From: Escherichia phage ST2
Length of the DNA stretch: 64,000 nt
Strand: one strand, 5' to 3'
Sequence record: OM982647
Made by a program: the position numbers and the translations under genes. The notes beneath the pieces were generated by a model. It saw only the letters and a program-made list of their open reading frames with translations, was not told where the DNA came from and did not search any database. Positions 38,611-47,732 of this stretch are shown one piece after another; position 1 is the stretch's first letter; each line of letters opens with the position of its first letter.

Positions 38611-38925
38611 TTATTCTTTAGGGAAGTTTTTAGAGTATGCATCATAAAGTTTATTACCAATACGGCGGAAGACTTTAGCTGCAAAACGGTTTTCAGGGTT
38701 TTTAATCATGATTTGCATCATGTAAGTTCCTGCATCCGAAAGAGCTTCTTCGTAGTACCCATTAATTTCTTTAAGAGTCCTACGTTTACCACCAGGACCA
38801 TCAACAGTAATTTTCCATTTACCTGTAGAAGTGCGGCTCGGTGGCTCAACTTGTTCAATCCAAATATAACCACCTTCAACGCGTTGGTTGGCGGATTCTG
38901 CAATAAATTCTTTATACGTTTTCAT
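38611..38925 (-). CDS. internal protein candidate with CTS leader
   Basis: N-terminus MKTYKEFIAE. Confidence 0.65.
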   Translation of the reverse strand: MKTYKEFIAESANQRVEGGYIWIEQVEPPSRTSTGKWKITVDGPGGKRRTLKEINGYYEEALSDAGTYMMQIMIKNPENRFAAKVFRRIGNKLYDAYSKNFPKE

Positions 38926-38939
38926 TTTTTGTTTCCTTG

Positions 38940-38987
38940 TTTGTTTTGATAGAGTAATTATACCATATTAATACTTAAGCGTAAACA
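38940..38987 (-). promoter_or_regulatory. early promoter GTTTAC-N18-TATAAT
   Basis: Minus strand GTTTACGCTTAAGTATTAATATGGTATAAT. Confidence 0.5.
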
Positions 38988-38989
38988 AT

Positions 38990-39250
38990 TTAAGCTTTAC
39001 CGCCAGAAATAATTCCGAAGTTGTTAAAATCGTATCCAATATCGTCAACATCTACTTTAGGACTTACTACAACATAAGCAATTTCACTACGTTTTGCATA
39101 GGTGTTGATTTCTTTACCATCGCCACCTAAGAAAGAATACCCATTACGTTTTAATGAGCCAAAGTCTTCCGCATCACCAATGAAAGCTTTAACTTTAAAT
39201 TTAGGACCTTTGGCGTCTGCTTCAATGATAAATTCTTGATACATTTTCAT
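38990..39250 (-). CDS. internal protein candidate with CTS leader
   Basis: N-terminus MKMYQEFIIE. Confidence 0.6.
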   Translation of the reverse strand: MKMYQEFIIEADAKGPKFKVKAFIGDAEDFGSLKRNGYSFLGGDGKEINTYAKRSEIAYVVVSPKVDVDDIGYDFNNFGIISGGKA

Positions 39251-39256
39251 TTTTCC

Positions 39257-39670
39257 TTAGTAAATTGATTTACCATAGTATTTGTACCAAGTCGGACGTT
39301 GAGCAATTTTTTCATCTAAGCGTGCTTGACTTATCGCAATGGACGCTTCGGACGGGACATAATTATTACGAAATTCGGCAGGGATGTCAGAAATATCCTG
39401 GACAGTCGTGTCCTTGATTTTGAAACCACGTTTCAAGCATTCGGCGATTAGCTCGATTTGACGTAAACGTAAAAATTCGAGTTTGTCATAAAAGAACGTT
39501 ACGTGACCTGTGCCTAAGATAAATGTTGGAGAGATTTTAAAATCCTTTACACGTTTACCGTTTTGAACATGTTTACGGACTGCACCAAATACGCGTGGTA
39601 ATTCACGATACTCAGCCATAAGATGTTGGTCGGTCAGTTCAGAAACAAGTGTTAAATTGATACGGGTCAT
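39257..39670 (-). CDS. denV: pyrimidine dimer DNA glycosylase (endonuclease V) DenV
   Basis: T4 DenV-like from [12 protein letters not shown] (ATG 39668-39670). Confidence 0.9.
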   Translation of the reverse strand: MTRINLTLVSELTDQHLMAEYRELPRVFGAVRKHVQNGKRVKDFKISPTFILGTGHVTFFYDKLEFLRLRQIELIAECLKRGFKIKDTTVQDISDIPAEFRNNYVPSEASIAISQARLDEKIAQRPTWYKYYGKSIY

Positions 39671-39682
39671 AATTTCCTCCAA

Positions 39683-39727
39683 GTAGTTGATGAATGTATA
39701 GTATCAAAGTCCTTGGAGGAAGTAAAC
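39683..39727 (-). promoter_or_regulatory. early promoter GTTTAC-N18-TACTAT
   Basis: Minus strand GTTTACTTCCTCCAAGGACTTTGATACTAT. Confidence 0.45.
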
Positions 39728-39728
39728 A

Positions 39729-40010
39729 CTATTTTTCTGAAGCGCCTGAAATATATTTTTCAAGACGTTGTTTCATCAGCGAGCCGTTCTTAGCGATTTC
39801 TTCCGGTTTATCGCACATACGCAACAAGGCTTCAAGCTTAACGATATCACTGGTACGTTCAAATTTGCGAGTATCTATCTTACTGGCAAGTTCAGAAATA
39901 CGTGCTAATAGACTTTCGGCTTCAACCAAAGCTGCACCTAGCTTAGTTGCAAACGTGTCAGTAGCTTCATTAAGAATAGATTCTGATAAAAATTCACTAT
40001 ATGTTTTCAT
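39729..40010 (-). CDS. internal protein candidate with CTS leader
   Basis: ATG 40008-40010 overlaps lysozyme stop; N-terminus [10 protein letters not shown]. Confidence 0.6.
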   Translation of the reverse strand: MKTYSEFLSESILNEATDTFATKLGAALVEAESLLARISELASKIDTRKFERTSDIVKLEALLRMCDKPEEIAKNGSLMKQRLEKYISGASEK

Positions 40011-40495
40011 ATATACGCTTTCCAAGTTCCTGTTTTAAATGTTGAGATTACGCGTTTCGCGCGATTAGGTGTCTGGCGATACCATTTAGATTTGGCTAGA
40101 TTTACTGCCGCTTCATCCCAACGTTTCTGTTGAAGCATACGAAGAGAATTAGTAAAACCAGCGACGCCTGCTACACCCATTTGGAAGACCATATTGACCA
40201 ATGCACATCGACGAACCGCGTCTAAAGAATCATACACCGGTTTAAGTTTAGCATTACCCAAGATTCCGCGAACGGCTTTATCAACGTCTTCATTAAATAG
40301 CTTTTCGGCCTCATCAAGGGTAATTGTACCGTTGCATTTACGTCCGACCATTCTGTCAAGTTCAGCTTTAGCTACGGCTAAAGAAGGGTTCTTTGTTACT
40401 AAATGGCCTATGCCAATCGTCCAAAAGCCTTCAGTGTCTTTGTATAAAGTCAGCCTAAGACCTTCGTCATTACGAAGCATTTCAAATATATTCAT
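40007..40495 (-). CDS. e: lysozyme (endolysin) e
   Basis: T4 lysozyme-like from [15 protein letters not shown] (ATG 40493-40495). Confidence 0.95.
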   Translation of the reverse strand: MNIFEMLRNDEGLRLTLYKDTEGFWTIGIGHLVTKNPSLAVAKAELDRMVGRKCNGTITLDEAEKLFNEDVDKAVRGILGNAKLKPVYDSLDAVRRCALVNMVFQMGVAGVAGFTNSLRMLQQKRWDEAAVNLAKSKWYRQTPNRAKRVISTFKTGTWKAYI

Positions 40496-40529
40496 AATAC
40501 CTCCCACGTTTATAGGAGGTATTTATTAC

Positions 40530-40988
40530 TTATAGGAGGGTAGTGAGCACCTTATATAATGATTTGCCCATTACATATTCCCATTGAGAAGGTTTAATTA
40601 AAGCGAATGCATCAAATTCAGGAATCTGTCGTCCGTCTGGGAATGTATGATAGGAATTACAAACACTGTTTCTGAATTGCTCGTGCTCTACAGGGATGGT
40701 ATATTGGAACAGATGAATATTCTTACTGTCTGAGTAATGATGTTCACCTAGGTCTTTCAGGAAGGCAGGGTCATATTGTGTAAACCCAGTTTCTTCTTCG
40801 CATTCACGAATAGCGGCTTCAATAGGAGATTCGCCAGGTTCGACACGGCCTTTAGGAATATCCCACCGATGAGCTAATGCACCTTTAGGACGAGAACCAG
40901 TTACACGGCCCATGAATAACTCTTTATCTTTTGTCATGAAGATAATACCGGCTGATAGTTCTTTCACTTTATTTTTCTTACTCATCAT
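40530..40988 (-). CDS. nudE: Nudix hydrolase NudE
   Basis: 152 aa; Nudix box GRVEPGESPIEAAIRECEEETG. Confidence 0.85.
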   Translation of the reverse strand: MMSKKNKVKELSAGIIFMTKDKELFMGRVTGSRPKGALAHRWDIPKGRVEPGESPIEAAIRECEEETGFTQYDPAFLKDLGEHHYSDSKNIHLFQYTIPVEHEQFRNSVCNSYHTFPDGRQIPEFDAFALIKPSQWEYVMGKSLYKVLTTLL

Positions 40989-41229
40989 CTCGGTCCCATG
41001 ATTTGGCCATCAATTCGGACATAAATTCTTCAATGCGCGTTTCTTTAGACGGACTTTCACTATTAGAGACCGCAAGTTTGTAATCTGCAATAGGACGGAA
41101 CAAATCAAGGTCCATATTAAGATCGTCTTTGATTTTTTCTTCTGACACATCTTTATCGTATGTGTACAGATAACTATCACATGATTCTGATTTAATGTAA
41201 ATTGCTATACTCATCTCAAATTCCTGCAT
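40978..41229 (-). CDS. hypothetical protein
   Basis: 83 aa acidic ORF. Confidence 0.5.
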   Translation of the reverse strand: MQEFEMSIAIYIKSESCDSYLYTYDKDVSEEKIKDDLNMDLDLFRPIADYKLAVSNSESPSKETRIEEFMSELMAKSWDRDDE

Positions 41230-41702
41230 TCGGTAATAAAACGTTCAACTTCATTATTCTTGGCTTTTATCTTGTCTTTATGTTCTTGTAAACTACTTTT
41301 AATAAGATTAATAATGATGGCAGCGGTACCACCGCCAATGATGCCACCAACAACACTTATGATACTAGATGCTAATAAGATAGCAATAATATCAACAAAA
41401 CCGAAAGAACTCACCTTAGTACTAAAAAACCACACTGACGGTACAAATATAATCCATCCTGTTATCCATTGGCACTTATTGAAAAACTTTTCAAGCTCAG
41501 CTTGAGTTGTTCGTATTACTTCATCGATAGGTTGATATCCGTTAATGTATCTGTTCACAATAATACCTGCTGGCTGGTCGATTTTAAATTCTTGGCAAAT
41601 ATGTTTCACTAAGTAGGATGGACATCCTGTCCAATCTACTGAATAGTATGAAATACCTTCATTGCCATCGTCTATATTAGACCAATATGTTTTGTTAATC
41701 AT
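41211..41702 (-). CDS. hypothetical membrane protein
   Basis: 163 aa; two hydrophobic helices with Gly-rich segment. Confidence 0.5.
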   Translation of the reverse strand: MINKTYWSNIDDGNEGISYYSVDWTGCPSYLVKHICQEFKIDQPAGIIVNRYINGYQPIDEVIRTTQAELEKFFNKCQWITGWIIFVPSVWFFSTKVSSFGFVDIIAILLASSIISVVGGIIGGGTAAIIINLIKSSLQEHKDKIKAKNNEVERFITECRNLR

Positions 41703-42388
41703 TACCAGCCTTCCATAGGGAATTCCAGATAAACTTGGGCGTTGACACGAATTTCATTGGTAATCTTTTTAACTCGGTCTGTATTACGAGATACACGTCC
41801 GAACCAACGCCATCCATTACTAATTGCACGAGAACCAGTGTGCCATGTTTGCCAATCAAACTGAAGAAGAGTACGATCTGGAGCTTCCCATTTCTCTAGT
41901 TCGCCTTTTTCGATTTTTTCGAGGACTTCTTTGTGCCACTGACGATAGATAAGTTCGCCATCAGGAATCTGACTGAACTCTGCAGTTCCTGTTGCAAAAT
42001 GAGTAGGACACACATCAGCGTTAACAAGACCAAGAATATGTTCAGAATGGTAACGAGGGTTGTCATAGTCAGGTTGTCCTGCAGTAATAAAGTGTTGACC
42101 AACTGGAATATCAGGGCGTGGTACGTCATCATGGTGATAGCCTGGGATTGCAGGATACCAACCAGGCATCAGCATGTGGACTCGTGAATCAAATACAACC
42201 TGGTCGGTGTTCCAATCATCAGGCAAGTTCATAATGAAAGAGCGAGTAATAGGACCGCCGTTATTATAAGCAAATTCTAAACTACAGTTGAAGAACATAG
42301 GCTCGTTCTTGATTTTATCATTAGAAATGCTACCGGCAAAACCACCTACTGCACGAGCTTGACTATTAAACACTTTAGAACTATTCAT
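41702..42388 (-). CDS. hypothetical protein (His-rich motifs)
   Basis: 228 aa; GYHHDD and HSEH motifs, fold not assigned. Confidence 0.5.
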   Translation of the reverse strand: MNSSKVFNSQARAVGGFAGSISNDKIKNEPMFFNCSLEFAYNNGGPITRSFIMNLPDDWNTDQVVFDSRVHMLMPGWYPAIPGYHHDDVPRPDIPVGQHFITAGQPDYDNPRYHSEHILGLVNADVCPTHFATGTAEFSQIPDGELIYRQWHKEVLEKIEKGELEKWEAPDRTLLQFDWQTWHTGSRAISNGWRWFGRVSRNTDRVKKITNEIRVNAQVYLEFPMEGW

Positions 42389-42389
42389 A

Positions 42390-42695
42390 TTATTTTCCTC
42401 GACATTCTTTAATGAAATTTTCTAGATTGGTAGATTCAATAGCTTTTTTACGAGCTTCTGCGTGTTCTTCTTCAGACAATTTACGTTTATAATTGACCCA
42501 GACATTATGGTCTAAACCAGTTGTGGCATATAATATCAAAGCTCCGACGAATAATAAAAACGGCGATAAAAATATACAACCAGGAACACCATCCATACTG
42601 TAAGCCTTTTGTAATACTGCAACAGAAAGAGTTGCGTAAAAAAGTGATGCAAATATTGTAAAAAGACCAATTCGGTTGGTTTCGCCTAATTTCAT
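42390..42695 (-). CDS. hypothetical membrane protein
   Basis: 101 aa; two hydrophobic helices. Confidence 0.5.
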   Translation of the reverse strand: MKLGETNRIGLFTIFASLFYATLSVAVLQKAYSMDGVPGCIFLSPFLLFVGALILYATTGLDHNVWVNYKRKLSEEEHAEARKKAIESTNLENFIKECRGK

Positions 42696-42702
42696 AATAT
42701 TC

Positions 42703-42752
42703 TCCTCATGTTTTAATAGGACTACTATAACATAGCCCTATAATTGTGTAAA
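42703..42752 (-). promoter_or_regulatory. early promoter/stem-loop cassette (near-identical copy A)
   Basis: Minus strand GTTTAC-N18-TATAGT inside ATAGGGCTA/TAGTCCTAT inverted repeat. Confidence 0.5.
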
Positions 42753-42766
42753 CAGTTTTTGTGAAG

Positions 42767-43723
42767 TTATTTGAAAGGTTTTACTATATGGAAATTTTGT
42801 TTGAAACGTTTTACGTAATCGTCGTGTCCTAAGCTTTGGTACATACTTACAACTTTGCTGTAGTTTTCCCAGGCGTATTCACGGAACCAACCGGAGGTGA
42901 TGCTTGTGCAGACTTTTTCTAATGCCATCATGAAACTGGCTTCAGGGTTAATTTCAAAGTTATTAGGAATCTGAGAACGTTCTAACGCTAGTACACATGA
43001 TTCTTCGTATACACCGGCCAATTTGACCATTTCCGGTAATGATTCGAACTTCTCGCGTGAGGTCATGACTTCAGAACCATCTTTCATATAAAATGTATAC
43101 GCTGGGCGGTCTGTTAGTGCAATGGCTTCATGAATAGTATCATGGTCATATGTATAGATGTCATCTTTAAAGAACGCACTTTTAGAAGTGTCAAGAACCG
43201 GGTGAGCATAGTTCAAAGTTTCTTTCTGGCGTTTCAGCATAATTTCAGTAAGTTCATCGTTCAGTGTAACACCTTTACCACGAAGATACTGAATATGGTT
43301 CGTAGTCTTTAAAAAGAATGGATTATTTTTCTTGAAACGATGAGACATCTTAATTGCAAGGCACATCTCAGGAGTTGCCCAGTAAAACCCGTTCAAACGG
43401 TCTTTAGACAAATTTTTCTCGGCGTATTTTAAAAGGTCATAAGAAGACGTGAAATCTTCAGGAGTGAGTTCACCGACTAATTCACGGACATTAGTGATTG
43501 CCGGAACAATATATGCTTCAAAATGAGTTTCGCGCCCATTATGGAAGCATTTGAAAACTTGGACATCAGGGTTATCTTGGTGAACATATACACCCATCAT
43601 TTGATTTTTGAATGCATTCCAAGAACCTTGGTCCGCAATAAAGTCCCAATCGCTATTTTTGATAGCGCTAGAATCAATAAGACCATGATAGTGAAGTGCA
43701 CGAGAACCAATAACTAACATCAT
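42767..43723 (-). CDS. hypothetical protein, possible nucleotidyltransferase fold
   Basis: 318 aa; IGSRALHYHG...SDWDF resembles GS-x-DxD pattern. Confidence 0.45.
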   Translation of the reverse strand: MMLVIGSRALHYHGLIDSSAIKNSDWDFIADQGSWNAFKNQMMGVYVHQDNPDVQVFKCFHNGRETHFEAYIVPAITNVRELVGELTPEDFTSSYDLLKYAEKNLSKDRLNGFYWATPEMCLAIKMSHRFKKNNPFFLKTTNHIQYLRGKGVTLNDELTEIMLKRQKETLNYAHPVLDTSKSAFFKDDIYTYDHDTIHEAIALTDRPAYTFYMKDGSEVMTSREKFESLPEMVKLAGVYEESCVLALERSQIPNNFEINPEASFMMALEKVCTSITSGWFREYAWENYSKVVSMYQSLGHDDYVKRFKQNFHIVKPFK

Positions 43724-43751
43724 AATATTTTCCTCGGATTAATTCATCAAC

Positions 43752-44003
43752 TTAAATTTCACGACATGCGATATTATATTCATCCCATAGGTCATCATGT
43801 GAAGCCTCTACCAATGGAACGATTGTACCGTTTATGTCTTCATTATAAGGGCAAATTGTACAGTGCGCATCTTCGAATCGGATGCCTTTGTGTTCAGATT
43901 TTTTATAACGCATATCGAATATCTTTGCAAACTTTTCACGAGTAATAGTTTTAGCAACTACTTCGGTTCCAATACTTTCGTAATAAATCATTGTGGTCTC
44001 CAT
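43752..44003 (-). CDS. hypothetical protein
   Basis: 83 aa with Cys/His residues. Confidence 0.5.
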   Translation of the reverse strand: METTMIYYESIGTEVVAKTITREKFAKIFDMRYKKSEHKGIRFEDAHCTICPYNEDINGTIVPLVEASHDDLWDEYNIACREI

Positions 44004-44010
44004 TTAATTT

Positions 44011-44052
44011 GATAGGACTACTATAACATAGCCCTATCTTGTTGTAAACTGT
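44011..44052 (-). promoter_or_regulatory. early promoter/stem-loop cassette (near-identical copy B)
   Basis: Same about 40-bp element as 42703-42752 and 51769-51812. Confidence 0.5.
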
Positions 44053-44053
44053 T

Positions 44054-44251
44054 TTAGCAAGAATAACTAGATGATACCCAGCCTTGAACAGTAATGCTAT
44101 TATTAGATAATGAGATTGCGTTCTGGAGATTCAGACCTGCGTTATCTTCAATCCATAATGTAACTTCTTCGCGTTCTTCTGTTGCAATTTGGAACAGGTT
44201 TTCTAGAGCAGCTACTGCGGTACGTACAGCACAATCTAATTCACGAGACAT
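44054..44251 (-). CDS. small protein, paralog family with C-terminal GWVSSS..C motif
   Basis: 65 aa ending QGWVSSSYSC. Confidence 0.5.
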   Translation of the reverse strand: MSRELDCAVRTAVAALENLFQIATEEREEVTLWIEDNAGLNLQNAISLSNNSITVQGWVSSSYSC

Positions 44252-44260
44252 ATGGTTTCC

Positions 44261-44533
44261 TTAGCAAGTGTGAGAAGATGCAACCCAACCGCCATCTTCA
44301 AGGCTCAGGTTGTAGTCGTATTGGTAAACGTCAGCCCATTCAGCATAGCCGTTTTTTGTACAACGTTCAAGATCGGCTTTAAGATGTCCGGGCGAATGAT
44401 AGGTTCCACCCATACCATAAGCTGGATACAAGTCGAATGTTGTGTTTTGTTTATCAGCAATTTCTTTGGCAGCATCAATAGCTTCATAGATTTTTGCTAC
44501 GGCTTCAGCCAGTTCGGTTTGTTCTTTAGACAT
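44261..44533 (-). CDS. small protein, paralog family with C-terminal GWVASS..C motif
   Basis: 90 aa ending DGGWVASSHTC. Confidence 0.55.
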   Translation of the reverse strand: MSKEQTELAEAVAKIYEAIDAAKEIADKQNTTFDLYPAYGMGGTYHSPGHLKADLERCTKNGYAEWADVYQYDYNLSLEDGGWVASSHTC

Positions 44534-44542
44534 AATGATTCC

Positions 44543-44848
44543 TTAGCACAATGCAGAAGACGAAACCCAAGCACCTTCAGTAATAATGTAACCATTACCT
44601 TCACGCTTAACATCGCCGCCATTATTTTCAATTTCATCTTTCATCCACTGGGATACGATTTCACCCTTAGGATAATAAGTACGTCCGCTACCATAATCAC
44701 CTACAGAAAATGATACGGCATATTGGTCTGCGATCTTTGTTGCTTCTTCTTCGATACGTTCAGCTTGATTCAGAAGTTTATAAATTGCATCTGAAGCGGA
44801 TTTGGCATCATTAAACTCTGGTACTTTAATTTCAATAATCTTACTCAT
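44543..44848 (-). CDS. small protein, paralog family with C-terminal AWVSSS..C motif
   Basis: 101 aa ending EGAWVSSSALC. Confidence 0.55.
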   Translation of the reverse strand: MSKIIEIKVPEFNDAKSASDAIYKLLNQAERIEEEATKIADQYAVSFSVGDYGSGRTYYPKGEIVSQWMKDEIENNGGDVKREGNGYIITEGAWVSSSALC

Positions 44849-45204
44849 TTTCTACATTCCTTAATAAAGTTTTCGATTGTTTCATTTTCACGTCTAGCTA
44901 AGAGTTCATTATAACTAATCATTTGAGAAGCGTAAACCTTTTTATTTTTCTTATTATGGTTTATAAAATCGTAGTAAAAATAGACTACAGTACAAAAGGA
45001 TGCGATGGATGCAAAGGCTTGGGTATACCGTAAGTCCTGCCATTGGTCTGTGAATCCACCGGTATTCCCTATAAATCCTAACACAACGCCGTCAATAAGA
45101 AATCCAACTAATCCAAAGGCAAATCCCATGCCAATACTCATAATAAAAATTAGAATGTTCTCACCAAGAGACGGCCATACAGTTAAGAGTTGAGGCTTTT
45201 GCAT
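44845..45204 (-). CDS. hypothetical membrane protein
   Basis: 119 aa; multiple hydrophobic helices. Confidence 0.5.
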   Translation of the reverse strand: MQKPQLLTVWPSLGENILIFIMSIGMGFAFGLVGFLIDGVVLGFIGNTGGFTDQWQDLRYTQAFASIASFCTVVYFYYDFINHNKKNKKVYASQMISYNELLARRENETIENFIKECRK

Positions 45205-45608
45205 CTTATTTCCTTAACGAATTCCATAGCTTCTTCATATTCATATTTTTTAACAGCTTCATCATACTGAGCTTGGGCTTTTGCGCACTGAACTTTCCAT
45301 TCTCTTAATCGAGCTCTATAATGACGTCCTTGGTACCAATATCCCACCCAGTTAATAGGCATTAATAAAAATGGCACAATAAACGACCCGGCTATAATAA
45401 GTAAAAACACTGCATCAGACGATATAACTTCACTAGAATCTAAAATAGCTCCTATAATCATAAAGATTAAAAATGCTAAAGCTAAAATAGGGCCAAATAG
45501 TACTTCGTTTGGGATTAATTTACGTTTGTATTCGTATGCCCAGGGCTTAATTGGCATGTACAGGGTTGGCTTTGACATATTCTCTACATTCCATAATAAA
45601 TTGCTCAA
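45183..45608 (-). CDS. hypothetical membrane protein
   Basis: 141 aa; two hydrophobic helices. Confidence 0.5.
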   Translation of the reverse strand: MSNLLWNVENMSKPTLYMPIKPWAYEYKRKLIPNEVLFGPILALAFLIFMIIGAILDSSEVISSDAVFLLIIAGSFIVPFLLMPINWVGYWYQGRHYRARLREWKVQCAKAQAQYDEAVKKYEYEEAMEFVKEIRCKSLNS

Positions 45609-46170
45609 GGATTAAATTGTTAGTGAAATTAGGACTAACAACCATAGTTTCATAAAGCGCATCAATAGCACTTAAAGCATCAACTCTTTTAAGCAAAGGC
45701 TTGCCTTCATACATAGTTTCAGAATCGACGATTAACGTAAAGTAATATTTTTTATTATCGACTAGAACTTCTGTGTCGATATAAAACATATTAGACCTCA
45801 GAAGCTTATCTCTAAAACCATAATAATCTTCTGAACGTTCGCTGATATATTCCCATTCAGTGTTTAAACAACAAACAGACCACGTAGGAGCAACGAAATC
45901 AGTGAATCTAATATCATGGTCTGCAACTAGTTTAGCAATAGCTCCGATATCATGAATCATAATACCTGGGGCTAATAAAGATTTTCTGCTATGGCTAGCC
46001 GTTTTCTCAGTAGTCTCATAAGAAGACGACCAGTACCATTTACGTCCAGTTGCAACATATCGTAATGAATCAACTAAAGACGTAGGTGGATTTACCTTAT
46101 CTCGGAACTCTTCGAACATTGAGTCAATATCATTATTTTGGTTTCGCATGTTAACTCCTTTATTATCCAA
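45547..46170 (-). CDS. hypothetical protein
   Basis: 207 aa; exact start uncertain. Confidence 0.5.
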   Translation of the reverse strand: MDNKGVNMRNQNNDIDSMFEEFRDKVNPPTSLVDSLRYVATGRKWYWSSSYETTEKTASHSRKSLLAPGIMIHDIGAIAKLVADHDIRFTDFVAPTWSVCCLNTEWEYISERSEDYYGFRDKLLRSNMFYIDTEVLVDNKKYYFTLIVDSETMYEGKPLLKRVDALSAIDALYETMVVSPNFTNNLILEQFIMECREYVKANPVHAN

Positions 46171-46198
46171 AAGGAGGACCGGAGTCCTCCGTATTATT

Positions 46199-46792
46199 TT
46201 ATTTCAAAGAGTTAATATATTCTTGTACATCAGCAGAAGTGGTTTCGACACCGGCTGGAGTGCCATTGAACGTTTCAACACGAGTCAGAGTGTCTTCGAT
46301 ATCAACCTTAGTCAGTGCAGCGATTTCAATTACATCATCGGCCGTAGAGATACCAAGGGCATTGGCTGCTCGAGTTTCACGAATGTATTCGAGTTTGATT
46401 GCCAGGTTCTGACGAGCATCGTCAAGTTCAACCACCTTACGAGCAATTTCAATTCGCATAGCGGCGTACCCGTCAGCTTTTGTATTAAGTTGTTCGGCAG
46501 TTCGACGATACAGAAGACCAAGCTTAGCATGCATGGTAACATCTTGTCCTTCGGCCAAGAGCTTACGAATTTCACGTTCCTTAGAAGCGGCTTGCTTGTT
46601 CTTTTCATTAACAAGTTCGCGAATACGTTTTTCTTCATTAATAGATTTAACAGAAGCCGTTTTTAGTTCTTTGATTTGGGTAATCAACTTATCTGCAGCT
46701 GCGTTATACTGTTCTTCGACAGTCAGATTTTTAGCCATAGCAGTACCCAGTTTAGTGCGGATGAATTCAACAAGTTTCTTCAGTGTGTTCAT
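46199..46792 (-). CDS. coiled-coil protein (PspA/IM30-like?)
   Basis: ATG 46790-46792 (MNTLKKL) after AAAGG; long helical heptads. Confidence 0.5.
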   Translation of the reverse strand: MNTLKKLVEFIRTKLGTAMAKNLTVEEQYNAAADKLITQIKELKTASVKSINEEKRIRELVNEKNKQAASKEREIRKLLAEGQDVTMHAKLGLLYRRTAEQLNTKADGYAAMRIEIARKVVELDDARQNLAIKLEYIRETRAANALGISTADDVIEIAALTKVDIEDTLTRVETFNGTPAGVETTSADVQEYINSLK

Positions 46793-46833
46793 ATTATTAC
46801 CTTTCAATTGGTGGTTTATTATCCAACGAGAGC

Positions 46834-46862
46834 ATTATACTCTGCTCTCAAGAGTTTGTAAA
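46834..46862 (-). promoter_or_regulatory. early promoter with inverted repeat flanking -10
   Basis: Minus strand TTTACA ... GAGAGC-AGAG-TATAAT-GCTCTC; paralog of 16963-16992. Confidence 0.5.
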
Positions 46863-47090
46863 TTATTTTTTAATCAAATTGACATAAAACTTGGCGTCTT
46901 CCGGGTGCATGCCTTCGCAGTATTCTTCAACCATGAACTTCTTAATAGCTTCATAAGGACCACTCAGATTAAGCTCAGTTGTCCAGAACTTGGAATCTTG
47001 GACTGAATCGATACGAACTTCAGGGTGTCGGTTGCGAATAACTTCTTCGGTGTATTCGTAATCAACGACATCAATACTAACTGTAGCCAT
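46863..47090 (-). CDS. hypothetical protein
   Basis: 75 aa. Confidence 0.5.
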   Translation of the reverse strand: MATVSIDVVDYEYTEEVIRNRHPEVRIDSVQDSKFWTTELNLSGPYEAIKKFMVEEYCEGMHPEDAKFYVNLIKK

Positions 47091-47137
47091 TTTGTTTCTC
47101 CTCTTGATTTGATGTGATTACTATATCATAAACTTAC

Positions 47138-47302
47138 TTAGATGTAAATTATTTCAACGTCACCTTTAGCTGCTTTATAACCTTCAGCCCAAGATACAAC
47201 AGAGTTTTTATCCGAGGATTCAAATTCAGGCATTGGACTTTCACCAATATTCACACAGTATGTTTCTTCATTTTCGTCGAACCAAATAATTAAAGTAGTC
47301 AT
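47138..47302 (-). CDS. small hypothetical protein (54 aa), not in ORF track
   Basis: ATG 47300-47302 after GAGGAG, downstream of promoter 47320-47365. Confidence 0.4.
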   Translation of the reverse strand: MTTLIIWFDENEETYCVNIGESPMPEFESSDKNSVVSWAEGYKAAKGDVEIIYI

Positions 47303-47319
47303 TTTGTTTACTCCTCTGT

Positions 47320-47365
47320 AGTTGATAAGTCTATAGTATCACCGTCCTTGGCGTTTGTACATCAT
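47320..47365 (-). promoter_or_regulatory. early promoter/stem-loop cassette
   Basis: Minus strand TGTACAAACGCCAAGGACGGTGATACTATAGAC. Confidence 0.4.
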
Positions 47366-47369
47366 TATT

Positions 47370-47702
47370 TTATTTTTTCCAACTTAACAACTTGTAGTGT
47401 CCTTCACTCGTACGAGGTTTATCCCAAGAAATACTAATATATGATTCGCTGTCAATAGAAGTCGCCGGGTTTTTCTCTACCGTAAGACCTTCACTTTCCA
47501 GCCATTCAATAGTATTTGCGCATAAATCAGAAGAACACCTAATCGGAAACCGGCAAGATTTTTCACCTTTAGCTGCAGTGTTATACATCTTTTCTAAAAT
47601 ACGCTTTTGCACGTTTTTAAAAATAGTTTCAGCAGATTCTTCAGATTTTTTATTCAGTTCAGTATAAAGACTCATAACATTCTTCTCATTAATAGGGCTC
47701 AT
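47370..47702 (-). CDS. hypothetical protein
   Basis: 110 aa. Confidence 0.5.
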   Translation of the reverse strand: MSPINEKNVMSLYTELNKKSEESAETIFKNVQKRILEKMYNTAAKGEKSCRFPIRCSSDLCANTIEWLESEGLTVEKNPATSIDSESYISISWDKPRTSEGHYKLLSWKK

Positions 47703-47732
47703 AATATCTTAATCATGAGCCCATGTACACAT

